DNA from: Dicyema japonicum | Taxonomy: Eukaryota > Animalia > Dicyemida | Assembly (NCBI GenBank): GCA_011109175.1 | Contig: RDEW01000097.1 | Coordinates: 31,377 to 95,376, forward strand | Length of the DNA stretch: 64,000 nucleotides | Direction: 5' to 3' | Part shown: one piece after another, positions 10,610-22,954 of the stretch | Position numbering within the stretch: position 1 is the stretch's first letter | How the letters are laid out: every line of letters starts with the position of its first letter | Translations under genes and position numbers: made by a program | The notes under the pieces: generated by a model | Database searches by the model: none | Told to the model about the DNA's origin: nothing | The model's input: only the letters and a program-made list of their open reading frames with translations

Positions 10610-13569
10610 ATCATGAAAACATTGAATTTATTGAGAGGTAACTATTTTGTTTAATTTTTCAGAATTCTTTGTTTTTGCAAACATTCTGGACTCAATCGTA
10701 GTGTTTTCTTCTGTCGAAAAAACTTACAAATTTTGTTTTTATCGAATCCAGAGGAAACTGAGTTTTAAATATTACTAACTTTCTGAGAAGCATCAATTCG
10801 AATTGTTAAAGTTGTTCAATTTGTTTATTTTTGTTACTTCTTGCACATTTTTGAAACTTTGGTACAAAATCTTTAGAAAATGGATCGAATCTTTTATTAA
10901 TCTTCGGTAAAACACTTTAATTCTTTATATTAGATATAAAAATAATTTTTAAGAAAATCGTGAATATGCTTCATAAGGACAAATCTGTAAAATCGAAACT
11001 TGGTCAACTATAGATTCAGTGTCAACTTAAAGTTTGATTCGAAAACGACTTTGTTTTTAGCCCTCAATAAAGTTAATCCTTCCACCCGACTTGATCAATT
11101 TCGAATTGAAATGGATTATTTATAAATATGTTTAATGATTTAAATTATTCAGAACGTGGAACCTATTTTGTATTTGATCTGTTATCTCAAATTTTTATCT
11201 CGAGATGATTGACGTCGAATATTTAATTGAACTATTCACCCCTGTTAAAGTTTACTTCTGAATATTATTTTTTAGGTTTCGGATTATTTTGACCCCCGAA
11301 GATTTGCTACATGGATTTATAGACGTTAATTTGATTTAAACACAAGGTTGAAACTATATGCTAAAATTTAAGCACAAGCTGGTAGTTAACTTCATTGCTT
11401 ATTCGAATCTTAAGATCTGGATTTGAGTGAGCTGACACGCTTCAACTACTTTCATTCAGCGAACTACGCATTTTTATGAACAATACAATTTACTTTCGAT
11501 ATCTTTTTTGAAAAAATTCAAAACTTTTGAGTATTTTTTGTGAAATTTATGAATTTTTAGGTTTTAAATTCTCTGCCATTAAGATTATTTTACTTTTTAT
11601 TATTTATTACAATTACCTTCCACATTCTATTTATTTTACTTTTTTTATTTATTATTTATTTATTAACCCAAGAACACAAATAGTTAATATAATTACTCAA
11701 ATAAATTGAGTGATCTCGACAGCTTCAATCAGATTTCTCATCCTCTCATAACGTCTTCTGGGATCCAACACAGCGGGATGATTTTGGGGATAGAAATTGG
11801 AGCGGGGTGATCTACATCCTTCTTATGAGAGACGTCATTGCTGTGTACTGTTGGAAGCTGCAGTTCATGCATAGGGAAACAAATTCCTGATCATTTTGTT
11901 GGAAAGGTATTCAAGCAATGAAAAGATTTGTTTTTCTAGTTTTCCGAGATTACTAATAGTAATGGCTGTCAAGGACTGAATGCCGCTGATTTTTTATTTG
12001 TTCCTCCACGACAGATTGATTCCCTATGAAGCATAGCTGACAGATGGTTCAATGAATTGTTTATACAGTAATTTCAATGCTGGAAAAGAGGGTCATAATG
12101 CAATTTTAGAATAATTTGTAGATAAGTTCCAATGTAAATTTTATAGCGAATTTAATTCCAATGATGATGGAAGTAAATACAAATTTATCGAAAGACTATT
12201 TGTTTTTGCGTCTTGAGTAGAATGTGCTGACTAATTCTCAACTTAACGAGTGAAATATATTTCCCACAAAACCATATAAATCTTGATTAGAAGATTTAAC
12301 TGACGACATAATAATTTATCACTTCTCCTTAAATCTTATTTAATAGAGTAAAGTTTGAAAACTTCAATGAAACAGATTTAAAGCTGGTGTAATAGAAAAT
12401 TTCTTTTCGTTGAAAATAACAATAAATTGTGAGATACTTGAGCTGAGATTAATCCTTGTCTCTTTCTCCCTCTCTGAATCAGTTATTTCACGTTGTTCAC
12501 CACGGGCTAAATGAAATTCAATATCACAGTAATAAACACAAGGTTTAATAAAAAATAGAAAGTTTATAAATGTCCATAAGTCTGGTCCTATGTGTTTATG
12601 GGAATTGAATTGGTTGATATCATCATTCGTTGAGTGAATAATAATAGTAAAAATAGACTTTCTATTTGAAGTCATTGTTATATATTCCGAGTTAATTTGC
12701 TACTACACTAAACTATGGAACTTTTATTATTTGAAGTCTACCAAAGGATATAATGGGAATTATAAAACTTATATCTGTTTAGGTAACATCTGAGAAAAAC
12801 ACGTAAAATTAAAAATGTTAAAATTTAGTTTACTTGACTATAATCCGAGTACATATTCTTCTGTTAAATCATAAAATCCAGATATTCGTGGACAGAGTCA
12901 GAGAAACAATCAGATACATTTCATCACTCAGAAGTCGACAAAATAATAAACTTGTATATTATTCACTTATCCAACGAAGAATCATTCACAAAAGCCTTTC
13001 ATGGAATAAACATATTTCACTCATATTGGAATTTATGTAGTCTAGTAAGGAAATCTATGATTCTGTGATCAGAAAAGCAAAGCAAAAATACTCTTAAAAG
13101 TGGTATTTATTAGATAATCGGTAATATTCTTATTTTAAAGAAAAATAAAATTATGGTAGAAAACATTAAACATCCAAATGGATTTACGTCATTCTAAATG
13201 TGACTAAATGTTTTTAAAGGCAATTCTAAACTTATATAATTATTGTCAGTGAATACTCTGAATTTAAACCAACCAACATGAAAGACTTTCAACACAATAA
13301 TTGCTTTGACTTTGTGATTAATTCTAAATCCGACAGGTATATTCGATTCAGTAGATAACAGTAGGTGGTCCCGGACAAGAGAAGAGGTGACCTGTTTTCT
13401 GGTCTTCAGGAAAGCACGATCGAGATAATCCTATACAGATATGAATGTTAATTCAAGTAATGACCAACGTAAACGCGCCAAGTGGACGCACACTTACCGC
13501 GGTAAAAAAGCTTCGATTTTGTCAAAAATATATGAAATGCCCTCCAGAAGCTTGTTTATAATAAGGCTA

Positions 13570-13655
13570 GTACTTTGAGGATTCCGCCTCCGAAGAGAGG
13601 TGGAGAAGTAGGTCAGTTGTCTTTCATTTTCGTCGCACGCCTACCGACGCAGTTA
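13570..13655 (-). repeat. Unclassified dispersed repeat (copies at 33120-33335 + and 61225-61350 +)
   Basis: Shared core cctacttctccacctctcttcggaagcg. The 33120 copy ends in an (AAT)n-like tail, suggesting a retroposed element. Confidence 0.55.
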
Positions 13656-13739
13656 TCAATTCACTCGTCTACGAAATAGTTTCCATAATGTAATCTTAAC
13701 TAGAGGATATAGCTACAGATTGGTTTCTATCGTGTTTCA

Positions 13740-14010
13740 TTTATTTTATTTTAAAGCCGAGAATCACCGACAAAATAAAAAAGAGTGGGGCCGTCATGTG
13801 GTCCCAGATACCTTAAGCAGCCGTCTCATCCTTTCTAGGTGTTCCTCCCGAAGCCGACACACTTCCTGCATGGATGAATCACTTTTCGTAAATTGAGGTT
13901 TAAGCGGGGCTTCAGTTCTCCTCACAAGTTCCTTGAACGAAGTTGGCTTAGTGGTGAGGAGAACCTTTTAGGGCCCTTTTTACTATTTTTGGAAGGAGTT
14001 TATTTCTTTA
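13740..14010 (-). mobile_element. LINE 3' end of the same family as 26140-27248
   Basis: Reverse complement aligns with 27050-27240 (aaagatgagacggctgct...tttgtcggtgattct). Confidence 0.7.
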
Positions 14011-14089
14011 GGTTGGTATAAGATAGGTTATTATCCCATTCCGAACAGCAGTAGTCGAATGCTGTTTTCATGTACTGAGGAGACGCCAA

Positions 14090-14475
14090 TTGCCAGGGCG
14101 GCATCAAAAGGATCCACTATTTTTTCTCCGGGGACAACTTGGTTACCTGGAGACAAGTTTTGGAACGCTGGAACAAGTCAGGATCAAGGAGTTAGTTAGT
14201 TTATTTACCCTTGGTCAACGGAATAAATTTAATTTTTAATTTTTTTAAGATGCGTTCTCACATTCAATAAACATTTTGGATTAATGTTTTATTTAATTTT
14301 AATTAAATTGGCCAATTATAATTTTTATTATTATTTAAACCTGGCTGGCCGGCAACAAGAAGATCCACATATTCTTTCCGCGGGGACAACTTGGTTACCT
14401 GGAAACAAGTTCTGGAACGAGTCAGGATCAATGAGTTAGTTAGTTTGGTTACCCTTGTCTTTAGAATAAATAAAA
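14090..14475 (+). repeat. Two near-tandem LINE 3' stubs
   Basis: ggggacaacttggttacctgga.acaagtt.tggaacg...gtcaggatca..gagttagttagtt occurs twice (near 14130 and 14382). Confidence 0.7.
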
Positions 14476-14792
14476 TTTAAACTTAAAATCCTAGTTATGC
14501 CTGGTTTGTTGCGTGGTGACATTTCTGCAAAAATGTCTGTCTCTATCGTATTAAGTTTGTCTTTTCGACGCCGTTTACAATTGTAACTTTCAACGTCAGA
14601 TGACTTGCTTTAACACTAAATATGGGACTTTATGTAGATTCCTCGAAAAACGAGTATGAAAGTTACATCGAGAAAACTGGTATAACGGACAGTGAAGGGC
14701 ACGGCAATAGCGAAACCATAAGTAATTATATGCATATGGGTAACGTCGGAGTTTATTTTACTCACTTACTTAGATAGAGTCCACTCCTAGAT

Positions 14793-15390
14793 CAGTGGTT
14801 CTCTACCTTAAGGTGCTCGCGGAACCCTTTTAGGTTAATTTATTTTTTGCGGAACCCTTACATTTCAATATCACAAATTTTCACTCAAAAAATAATTGTA
14901 ATAACCAAAAACAATTTTAATGTTAACATTGAGGTAACTTTTTATCATAGCATAATTCTGTAACGTTATGAGTTATTGTTGACAACCTATCTTCATATCA
15001 GGGAAGTTTTGGTAGATGTATATATTGGAAAGCCGACTCGCGTAAGTAAGTCGTTGGAATAGGTAATAGTGTATGTATAATTTTTTCTGAGATATCAGAA
15101 TAGTGAAATGTATTCTCTCCAAAAATTAAAAAGGGATTCATTTTATACATCTGATTTGACGTTGATTCTGATGTCAATAAGATATTCAGATTTAATTGAT
15201 GTAGATTTGCTGGTATTACTTTAACTTTGAATGGAATTTAAACCCAATCATCCAAAATTAGCAAATGATCTTTGATGTCATGAAGTACTGTATCACACAA
15301 TGCGCATTTTGATTCATAAGATACTTTTACAGCATGTAATGTGTAATGTTATTTTTTATTTACGGATGACCGTCAAAATTTGTTCAATTT
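14793..15390 (-). mobile_element. hAT (Buster-type) non-autonomous element, partial copy with one end
   Basis: TIR-like cagtggttct and gcggaaccc subterminal repeats. Minus strand has LPIPTTYLRESAF (hAT dimerisation motif). Homologous to 17320-17520 and 19160-19600. Confidence 0.7.
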
Positions 15391-17319
15391 TTAGGTCAAA
15401 AATTTCCGAATTATAAAGTCAAAATAAAAATCGCCCTAGTTATCAGTGAATACCTCCTAGAAGAATGTATAATATTTTGGAAATCATAGGAAGACAAGAA
15501 AGACATGAGAAATGAAAACTTAGAAACACTGCTCACAATTTTATGGATTTTTGGGTTATTCCTAAAATACGAGTAGTACAACATCCCAACACAGCAGACA
15601 GATTCTTAGCTTCCACATTCCCCACATCACTGTAGTTGACGAGACTAAGGATAAAAGAGAATACTACTCAGCAAGTAAATGTAATTTTTATCGTAGTTAC
15701 AGCCAGGCAGTTCGGTCAAGGTCAGCGTGATCCGCAGAATTTTTCACATTTTTAGGGTCATTTATAAGAGAGAAAATCTCGAAAATTCACAAGAAGGTGG
15801 GAAGATACTGAAGCACCCAGTAACATGTATTTAATGTCGATGCTTACCTGTGAATGAGTGGTCGAAGTAATCGATCCCATCCATATAAAAACAGAACAAC
15901 CTGCCTCGAGACAAGCTATGTCTTTTCACTTTGGTTTGTCCCTCGTTTACTCTGGACGGTCCCTAGGACCAATCCACAATTTGCGGATGTGCCTCGTGCA
16001 GACAAGAATGACTGAGTGTATGTCCATTCCGTTCTCTCTGTTAATAAATTTGCAGCATAAGAACCCGGGCTTATCTTCGAGTCAGGGCTAATAAATCAAA
16101 CTAATCACCCCAAATCAAATGGTTGCGGAGACATTAATGGAACCATAGAAATCACAATGTATTTTTATGATAACCAAAAGAATTGAATTTGCTACACTTT
16201 TCAACAGGAAAAAATTCAGCATATGCAAAACTTCAAAAACCTCTCTTTTGCATAACGCAAACTGTAAAAATTTATATTTTTAATTATTATTCGAAAATTA
16301 CATAAACAATCATAAAATGAACTTTATAACAAGTGCCTTATATACAGAGGATGCCTCAAGGGTTTATTCGGAGTTGTATTAATAAGAGACGATCAGGATA
16401 AACTTAATAATATACATTGAGTGGTAGTTTTTGACTGCGACATTAGGTCATACACTAGGTTTTTTTCACTAGTAGGTACCGTGGGTAAATTAATTAATAA
16501 CTATTTATTAACAGAGACATCACAAGTAATAAATTGCTAATCACCGTTTGTATTCTTCTTAATATTATTTTTAAAATAAATTAAAAAATATCAAAAATAA
16601 TAAAACCAGTTTTCGGCGGGCAATCATTTCCTTTACAGTGGATGGAATTAAACTCCTCTTCAGGGAGCTGTGTTGTCTCATGAGTAGAGACATCCCTTTC
16701 ATAAGCTTTGGTGTAATCAATATGTTCAAGGACATGCTTTTTTTGGAAGCACTTCAATCATTCATACTATAACCTTTTTTGTTACCTTTGGGCAACTTGT
16801 TGATTTTGGCATCAATAGCCTTTATCCTCAGCTCTGTCGCCTTTGTCAGTCTCACATATGATAACATTGAATGTGCTAAAACTAAAACTTGTGGTAAAAC
16901 TAGCTAATGTGCAGGGGCTTGGGGAAGCTCCTAACGGGGGAATTAAACGTTTGTTTAGTCTCGAGGTTCTTCTTTTCTGTGTGCACAGCGACTAGAAATG
17001 GTTTTGGTCGAAGAGTGTTGGTGTTTGCTTTTATTTCTAGCCAATGTTTTAGTTTTATTTTTCTATTGTCGATTTCTTGACATGATTAATAAACGAACCT
17101 TTTACGACGGAATCCTCCACGTATTCTGAGAGGTCTTTATCTTCGATGTAACGATGGGTCTTTTGGACAATTCTCATATTTCTATTTCTTTCAGATATTT
17201 TCAATAGTTGGTTCTGCTTGTATATATATGTTACAGCCAATTTGTGTAATCATTTGTGTAATCAGTCAATTCACGAAATGACTAAAAAATGATTCAGTAA
17301 TTTCATGAATTGTCTGGAC

Positions 17320-19871
17320 CGGTGGTTCCTAACCATAATGTGGTCGCGGAACCCTTTTGGGTTAATTTATTTTTTGCGGAACCCTTCCAATTCAATTATT
17401 ACAATTTTCACTTAAACATAATCGTAATAATTATTATTAATTGTAATAACCAAAAACAATTTTAATGTGAGCATTAGTTGTGTAGCGTTGGGAGTTATTG
17501 TTGACAACTCTATCCTCTTAGCTATCGAACATATGAAATCCACGAGTCTTTTATGGAAAACTATTCTTCGATTCAAGCTAAACTTATCAGAGGTATCAGA
17601 ATCTTTTTCTGCTCCAATTACTGTTCAAGCTAACACCCTAATGAAATATTACGCATCCGTAAGTCACAAGGACTTTCGAAACCCCATTCTTGTCACCTAC
17701 GGATTTTAATGCCTAAACCAACTTAGTGGATCTATTTATTTACGCATGCCGATGTCACTCTGGCTATAAGATCGATGAAGAGATCTTATACGTGTGGTCC
17801 TGACGGCATTCCGGAAATTTTGCTAAAACATTTTGGTAGTGTTGCAATCAATTCGATTTCGTCAATTTTTAATTCGTCTTCTATCAAGAACGTCTTCCAT
17901 GCAAATGCAAGAACTCACTTATAACACCCCTCCTAAAACAGGAAAACTGAAAAACCTTACCTTTTTCCTACCGTCAAATTTCATTAACCCACCCACTATC
18001 TCGCCTAATGGAGAAACTCTTACTCTGGAAATTTAAACCCCATTTGCCCGACTGTCACATTCAACATGGTTTCAAATGTGAGCGTTCAACTACGACATAT
18101 TTGACTTCACTGTCTCAATTTATATCAGAAGGGTTCAACGAACCGAAACGCCATCTACGGATATAGTGGTCTCCTTGGACATACAAAAGGCGTTCGATCT
18201 GTCTCGAGAATATTACTCACGAAGAAGGTTTTTGACATCACCATTCAGCCGGCTTTGAAAAGATAGATAGCCAATTTTCTCTCCGGAAGAAGAGGACGTG
18301 TCTGTTTAGGCCACGCAAGATTGAGGTCCCGTCTCCGATTAAATGGCGTCCCTCAAGGATCTCCCCTCTTTCCGGCGTTGTTCAATTTATTCCTAAACGA
18401 TTTACCCTGCCCTGGATGACCAGATTCAATACTTCTCACTTATGTTGACGACCAAATCATCGCTAGCAGGAACAAATACGTGGGTATAGCAAAATCAGAG
18501 CTTCAGTCACATATTGACGACCTGGGAGCCTGGTTGAATTTGAATCGTCTTTCCATATCCAGGGATAAATCAACATGTACAATCTTCACCACAGACAGAA
18601 AAAAAAAACATACACTGGATTTGAACATTTACCACTACAGATTTATCCAACTATTCTGGGAGTTACTTTAGATGACATTTTCTCAACATGTGAAGAACGT
18701 TATGACAAATGGTTTCAGAAAATTAAATATAATCAAACCGCTCTTATAGTCCAGGCCGTCACGGGAATGCGCTGTCGTCTTGTTCAATCAACTTTTAAAA
18801 CCGACGGTAGAGTATGCTTGTGCCTCATGGGCCTATGGAGCTTAAATATCAAATTCATAGAAGATCAACTCCCTAACAGGCAAACTTGACGTCTAACAAC
18901 TCTACCCCTTGATCTTTTCAAGTCGTTTCTTCCATTCAAGGCTAAAGGTCTCAAATACACGAAATTTGGAAAAAAAATCCACCCCTCTTCAAACTCTAAT
19001 GATAGATGATCGTCGTCTATTTAGGAAATCCGTGGGTACTCTAAAGCAACATAGGAAAAACCTCTCGATCTTGTTAAGGCGTACCGGGATCATTTAATTA
19101 GTTGGTTTACTATTTCTTTCTTGGTGTTCCCTTTTCGGGGTTATTCAATAAATAAATATTAGCGGAAGCATTAAGTTTATTTCTATATTTTGTTTTGGTA
19201 GATGTATATATTGAAATCCCCGACTCGCATAAGTAAGTCGTTGGAAAAGGTAATATTTTACGTATAGCCTTTTCGAAGATATCAGGCTATTTTGAAATGT
19301 ATACTCTTCAAAAATTAAAAAGGGATTCATTATATATATAATTTGACGTTGATTCTGATGTAAAATCAATAAGGTGTTTATATTCAATTGATGTTAGATT
19401 TGCTGGTATTAGTTTAACTTTGAATGGATTTTGAATCCAGTCGTCATCAAATTTTGCAATGTTATCATGCAAAATTACCAATTGATATTTGATGTCCTGT
19501 ATCGTCTAATGCGCAAATTGATTCATTAAGATATTTTGCAGAATGACAAAACATGTAATGTTATTTTGATTTACGGATGACCGTCAAAATTTGTTCGCCG
19601 TAAATATACTCGATGGTCTTTTTTGAACATGGCTTTATAAGATTTTTGGCAATTGTATGTTCTTCTCCACAGCGTGCTACAAGATAACTCACCTGTTTAA
19701 AATAATTATATACTTTATAAAATGGTCAATTTAAGTTGTCGTCTTTCGCAAAATGTGACATTTCCAACTTGCACCTTGTAGATAATAATTAAATATTATT
19801 ATTAAATAATTTATAATAAATTTCATGGAATCCTAAAACTGGTTCCGCGGAACTCAGGTTGGGAACCACTC
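17320..19871 (-). mobile_element. hAT (Buster-type) element interrupted by a LINE
   Basis: Ends cggtggttcctaacc and ggttgggaaccact are inverted. Minus strand reads LPFPTTYLCESG.S...TKTKYRNKLNASA^RIELSTITP, split at the LINE insertion point. Confidence 0.75.
17523..19158 (+). mobile_element. Degraded Jockey/I-like LINE ORF2 (reverse transcriptase plus 3' end)
   Basis: GPDGIPEILLKH, QHGF, RSTTT, SLDIQKAFD, NGVPQGSPLFPALFNLFLNDLP, LTYVDD. Ends LLRRTGII* with an AATA tail. Possible TTAGC TSD at 17518-17522 and 19159-19163. Confidence 0.8.
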
Positions 19872-19989
19872 CCTTAGATTATGTAGAATACATACATAGT
19901 CGAAGGATTTTGTTCAGTTCTGTGCCTTCTTCAAATTCAAAAAGCTGTTTCAGGAGAAACCCAATAACAGGCCGATATCCAAAAAGGAT

Positions 19990-20410
19990 ATATATTTTCC
20001 CACTCTACTTGAAGGTTTCCAACAATGCTTATATTAATGGATGTAATGTTAGGAAAAAGCGTCTCTTTTTGACCATGGAAGCTGAATATACCTTAATTAT
20101 TCTTCAACTCTTAACATTTTTCAGTTACGCTTTGGGCATCAATTAAACAATACTTTTCATGATTTTATTGAAGAAAACGGGTGCAAGTTTGATCTCACAT
20201 GAACTAATGACAATAACGCGAGTTTACAGGAGATGTGTGGGATCCCATGATGAATATCGAACGAGGATGAGGTAGTTGCTGAAAAGGCAGGTATCATTCA
20301 TGACCGTGTTTTATCTTGCTTAATTTTATGGTAATTTTTGTTCCTTAAATAGATAAAATAAATATAGTCTGAATTCATCATAACTTCAGTACATTTTACA
20401 ATGAGGGACT
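19990..20410 (+). mobile_element. Possible Tc1/mariner relic; its ~130 bp 3' end is repeated at 25229-25360
   Basis: Degenerate NNAYI...YSSTLN...LWASIKQ resembles the Tc1/IS630 DNA..H / YSP.LNPIE.LW..IK motifs. The direct repeat with 25229-25360 is seen in the sequence. Confidence 0.35.
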
Positions 20411-20745
20411 CAGATCTGAGTTTAACTTTTCCGAAATGTATTTTAAAGCTGAGGAGTATCACCTCAAATGATAAGATTTCTAGATTTGCTACCCCCTCTA
20501 ACTGATTTTCTTAATCTTTGAATTTTTTACTAAAATTTGTTCTAAAATTATACCTCGTGTATAATCTGTTTTGAAATTTCGAACTACATTTGAGAACGGA
20601 GATAAGGGATCTCACCATGTAAAATCTTATATGTTCTTCAAGTGTTCTGCTCTTTCCCTCAACAAAATCTTTTTTAGATTTTGTAACAAAGTTTGTCATA
20701 GGACAAGTTAATATAGTGATTCAGTAATTATATGTATCTCAAGTC

Positions 20746-20818
20746 GCCTTGTTAGCTCAGTCGGTAGACCATGGGACTCTTAATTCCAGGGTCACGGGTT
20801 CGAGTCCCGTACAGGGAT
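20746..20818 (+). tRNA. tRNA-Lys-CTT: tRNA-Lys(CTT), probably a pseudogene or retrocopy
   Basis: 73 nt cloverleaf: GCCTTGT/ACAGGGA acceptor (1:72 mismatch), D arm GCTCAGTCGGTAGACC (one stem mismatch), anticodon loop CTCTTAA, T arm GGGTTCGAGTCCC. Followed by CCA. Confidence 0.8.
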
Positions 20819-20820
20819 CC

Positions 20821-20970
20821 AGTCGGGTGGCATAGTGGTTAGGTGTCGGGCTTAAGTGGCTTAGGTTACGGGTTCGAATCTCGCTGCTGTTCACCTGGTG
20901 GAAGGTTCCACGGATCTACGATGCAGAAATGGTTTGACGAGTGACGTCGTCATCAGTGGATACTCACTGG
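20821..20970 (+). mobile_element. SINE family A, 3'-truncated, abutting the tRNA-Lys
   Basis: Complete head agtcgggtggcatagtggttagg...ggttcgaatc plus the core through cagtggatactcactg. No tail. Confidence 0.85.
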
Positions 20971-21120
20971 GAGCTGTCTTGTCTTGTCTCTTGAAATCAT
21001 ACAATAGTGACACTGTAAATAGCCATAAGACTCCTCGGTTGGAAATATTGATAAAGCTCCTGACATTGAAATATAGCACTGTAAAATTCTCTAATATCCA
21101 ATGATTAAACAAAAATGTCC

Positions 21121-21268
21121 CAAAAATAAACTTTCCAAAGAATCTTTAATCTTGTCCGACGTTATGACTAAACAAAAATAAGCTTTCCAAAGAATCTTTA
21201 ATCTTGTCCGACGTTATGACTAAACAAAAATAGGCTTTCCAAAGAATCTATAATCTTGTCCGACGTTA
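21121..21268. repeat. Tandem repeat, 52-bp unit, about 2.8 copies
   Basis: Units start at 21121, 21173 and 21225 (caaaaataagctttccaaagaatctttaatcttgtccgacgttatgactaaa). No spacers. Confidence 0.9.
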
Positions 21269-22129
21269 ACCACTAAGCTACTTAAAATTGGTCAAGTTCC
21301 ATAAACTTATGTGAAGTAAAATATTAAGAATCTGTAAATTTTATCATCATTTTTAATGGTAGTCTCTTCTCAGAGGCTAACTAATTAGTACATGTTTATG
21401 TTATCTGAACGGGAACCATTCACTATGGCTCACCACCCAACATTCAGACAGCCGAGGACAATACATCCTTGTATCTAAATTATACAGGGAAACCATTGTC
21501 TCGCTGTGATACATGGAGATATGCACTTATTTGGTCGTCGTTGGACAAAATCAGCTTCTTACATGAAAAGACTCTACGCCTTTTATGAATCTAACGGATA
21601 CTACCTTCATAACTTCACTGTCGGAATCGTCAGTATGATACTTCCAGTCCTATTAAGAATATAGGAATCCACTATGTTCTACGTGTTGCGATCAGAAAAT
21701 GTTTTTCCTCAGGCATCCGTCCCCCAAGCTTGCTTGTAGAAACGGCTAGTACATCTCGTGTCTTACAAGCCACAAGTTTAGCAGTAATTGTTAACACCGA
21801 TTTCCTTCACTCGAAGGGACCAGGGATAAATAAATTATTATCTGTTAAACCCAAATCAATTTGACTTTGAATAATTTCAAGAAACACAAAAATTCTTGGA
21901 ATCTCAGTATTATTGGACTCCATACTGGAATCATTATTACCATCCTCTTCGAAATTTTTCATCTGGTCCGCTCTAGGTGCTACTGATGTAGCATTAGAGT
22001 TCTTTGAATCCTAATTATTGTTTTCAGTTCTTTAGTGTTTTTAACATTAACAGATTTAGCATTCGTACATATATCGTTTATTTTGCTCAAATTATAAGAT
22101 TTCCAAGTCATAATTATATTGTCAAAACA

Positions 22130-22260
22130 AACTAGTTACTAACTAGAGACCAATTAAACAGGGAGAAACAAACGATTTTGTATTAGTTGATGGGTCTTCT
22201 ATAACGAGACACCATATGTCTCTTTTAAAACCTCTTGCTCCAAACATGACTTTCAGGGAT
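22130..22260 (-). repeat. 3'-terminal segment shared with the end of the R4-like element at 42820-42940
   Basis: ttagttgatgggtc...tataacgagac..catatgtctc is present at both loci. Confidence 0.55.
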
Positions 22261-22534
22261 CACGTTTAATACTGATTTTCCAAAGGAACCAAACATTTCG
22301 GTATTTTTTTATCTGGATACTAGCTTCAATTGTTTTGTTTACGATTAGTAAGTCCCAGCCTGCATCCCCGAACTAGAACTTTTTTTTCATTACTTTTACC
22401 ACTTTCAAGTTTGTGAACTGTTTTTGAGAGTTTATTCATTACTAAATTGTATTTTTTTAGTTTAGAGGCTTCGCCTTTCGACATTCTAAAAAATTTTCCA
22501 TATAACCTTAAAAACCACAATTCACGCACATGTT

Positions 22535-22726
22535 CTAGTTAGTGGTACGGAATGTACATTTAAACCTTGAATGGGGTCCTGAACAATTTAACCATTTCTC
22601 CCGATCTATACCGAAACGGGTTTTGTGACCAAAACCTCGACAGCGATAACACTCTTCAAAAATTGTCGAGTAGTTTGAAGAAAAAGTAAGACGAATCTTC
22701 GAGGGGTGAAAGATATGATCTATCAC
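22535..22726 (-). mobile_element. LINE ORF1 (gag-like) zinc-knuckle relic
   Basis: ECYRCRGFGH...(C)LNCSGPH....C: tandem degenerate CCHC knuckles. Confidence 0.6.
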
Positions 22727-22954
22727 GTGAGTTAAATTATTATTATTAGCACTTATCGCTATGTCAAAGGACTTGACAAAGCATGTACAACAAAATCACT
22801 GGTTAGTTTCATCCGAATCACGTGTGCTAAATTAAACATTAACAATAAATTTGTGGACTATTTTAACTAAGTTATTTTATAATTACTTTAATAATATATT
22901 ATTTTTATTTTTATTTATCAATTTTTGTTTATATTACCGCGCAAATTAATTTTG

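Noticed and set aside
9500-10980. Possible Penelope-like RT relic on the minus strand (FLHGADKTH)
   Set aside because: Too degenerate; no catalytic YxDD motif found.
21121-21268. CRISPR-like array
   Set aside because: The units are contiguous 52-bp tandem copies with no unique spacers, in a eukaryotic context with no cas genes.
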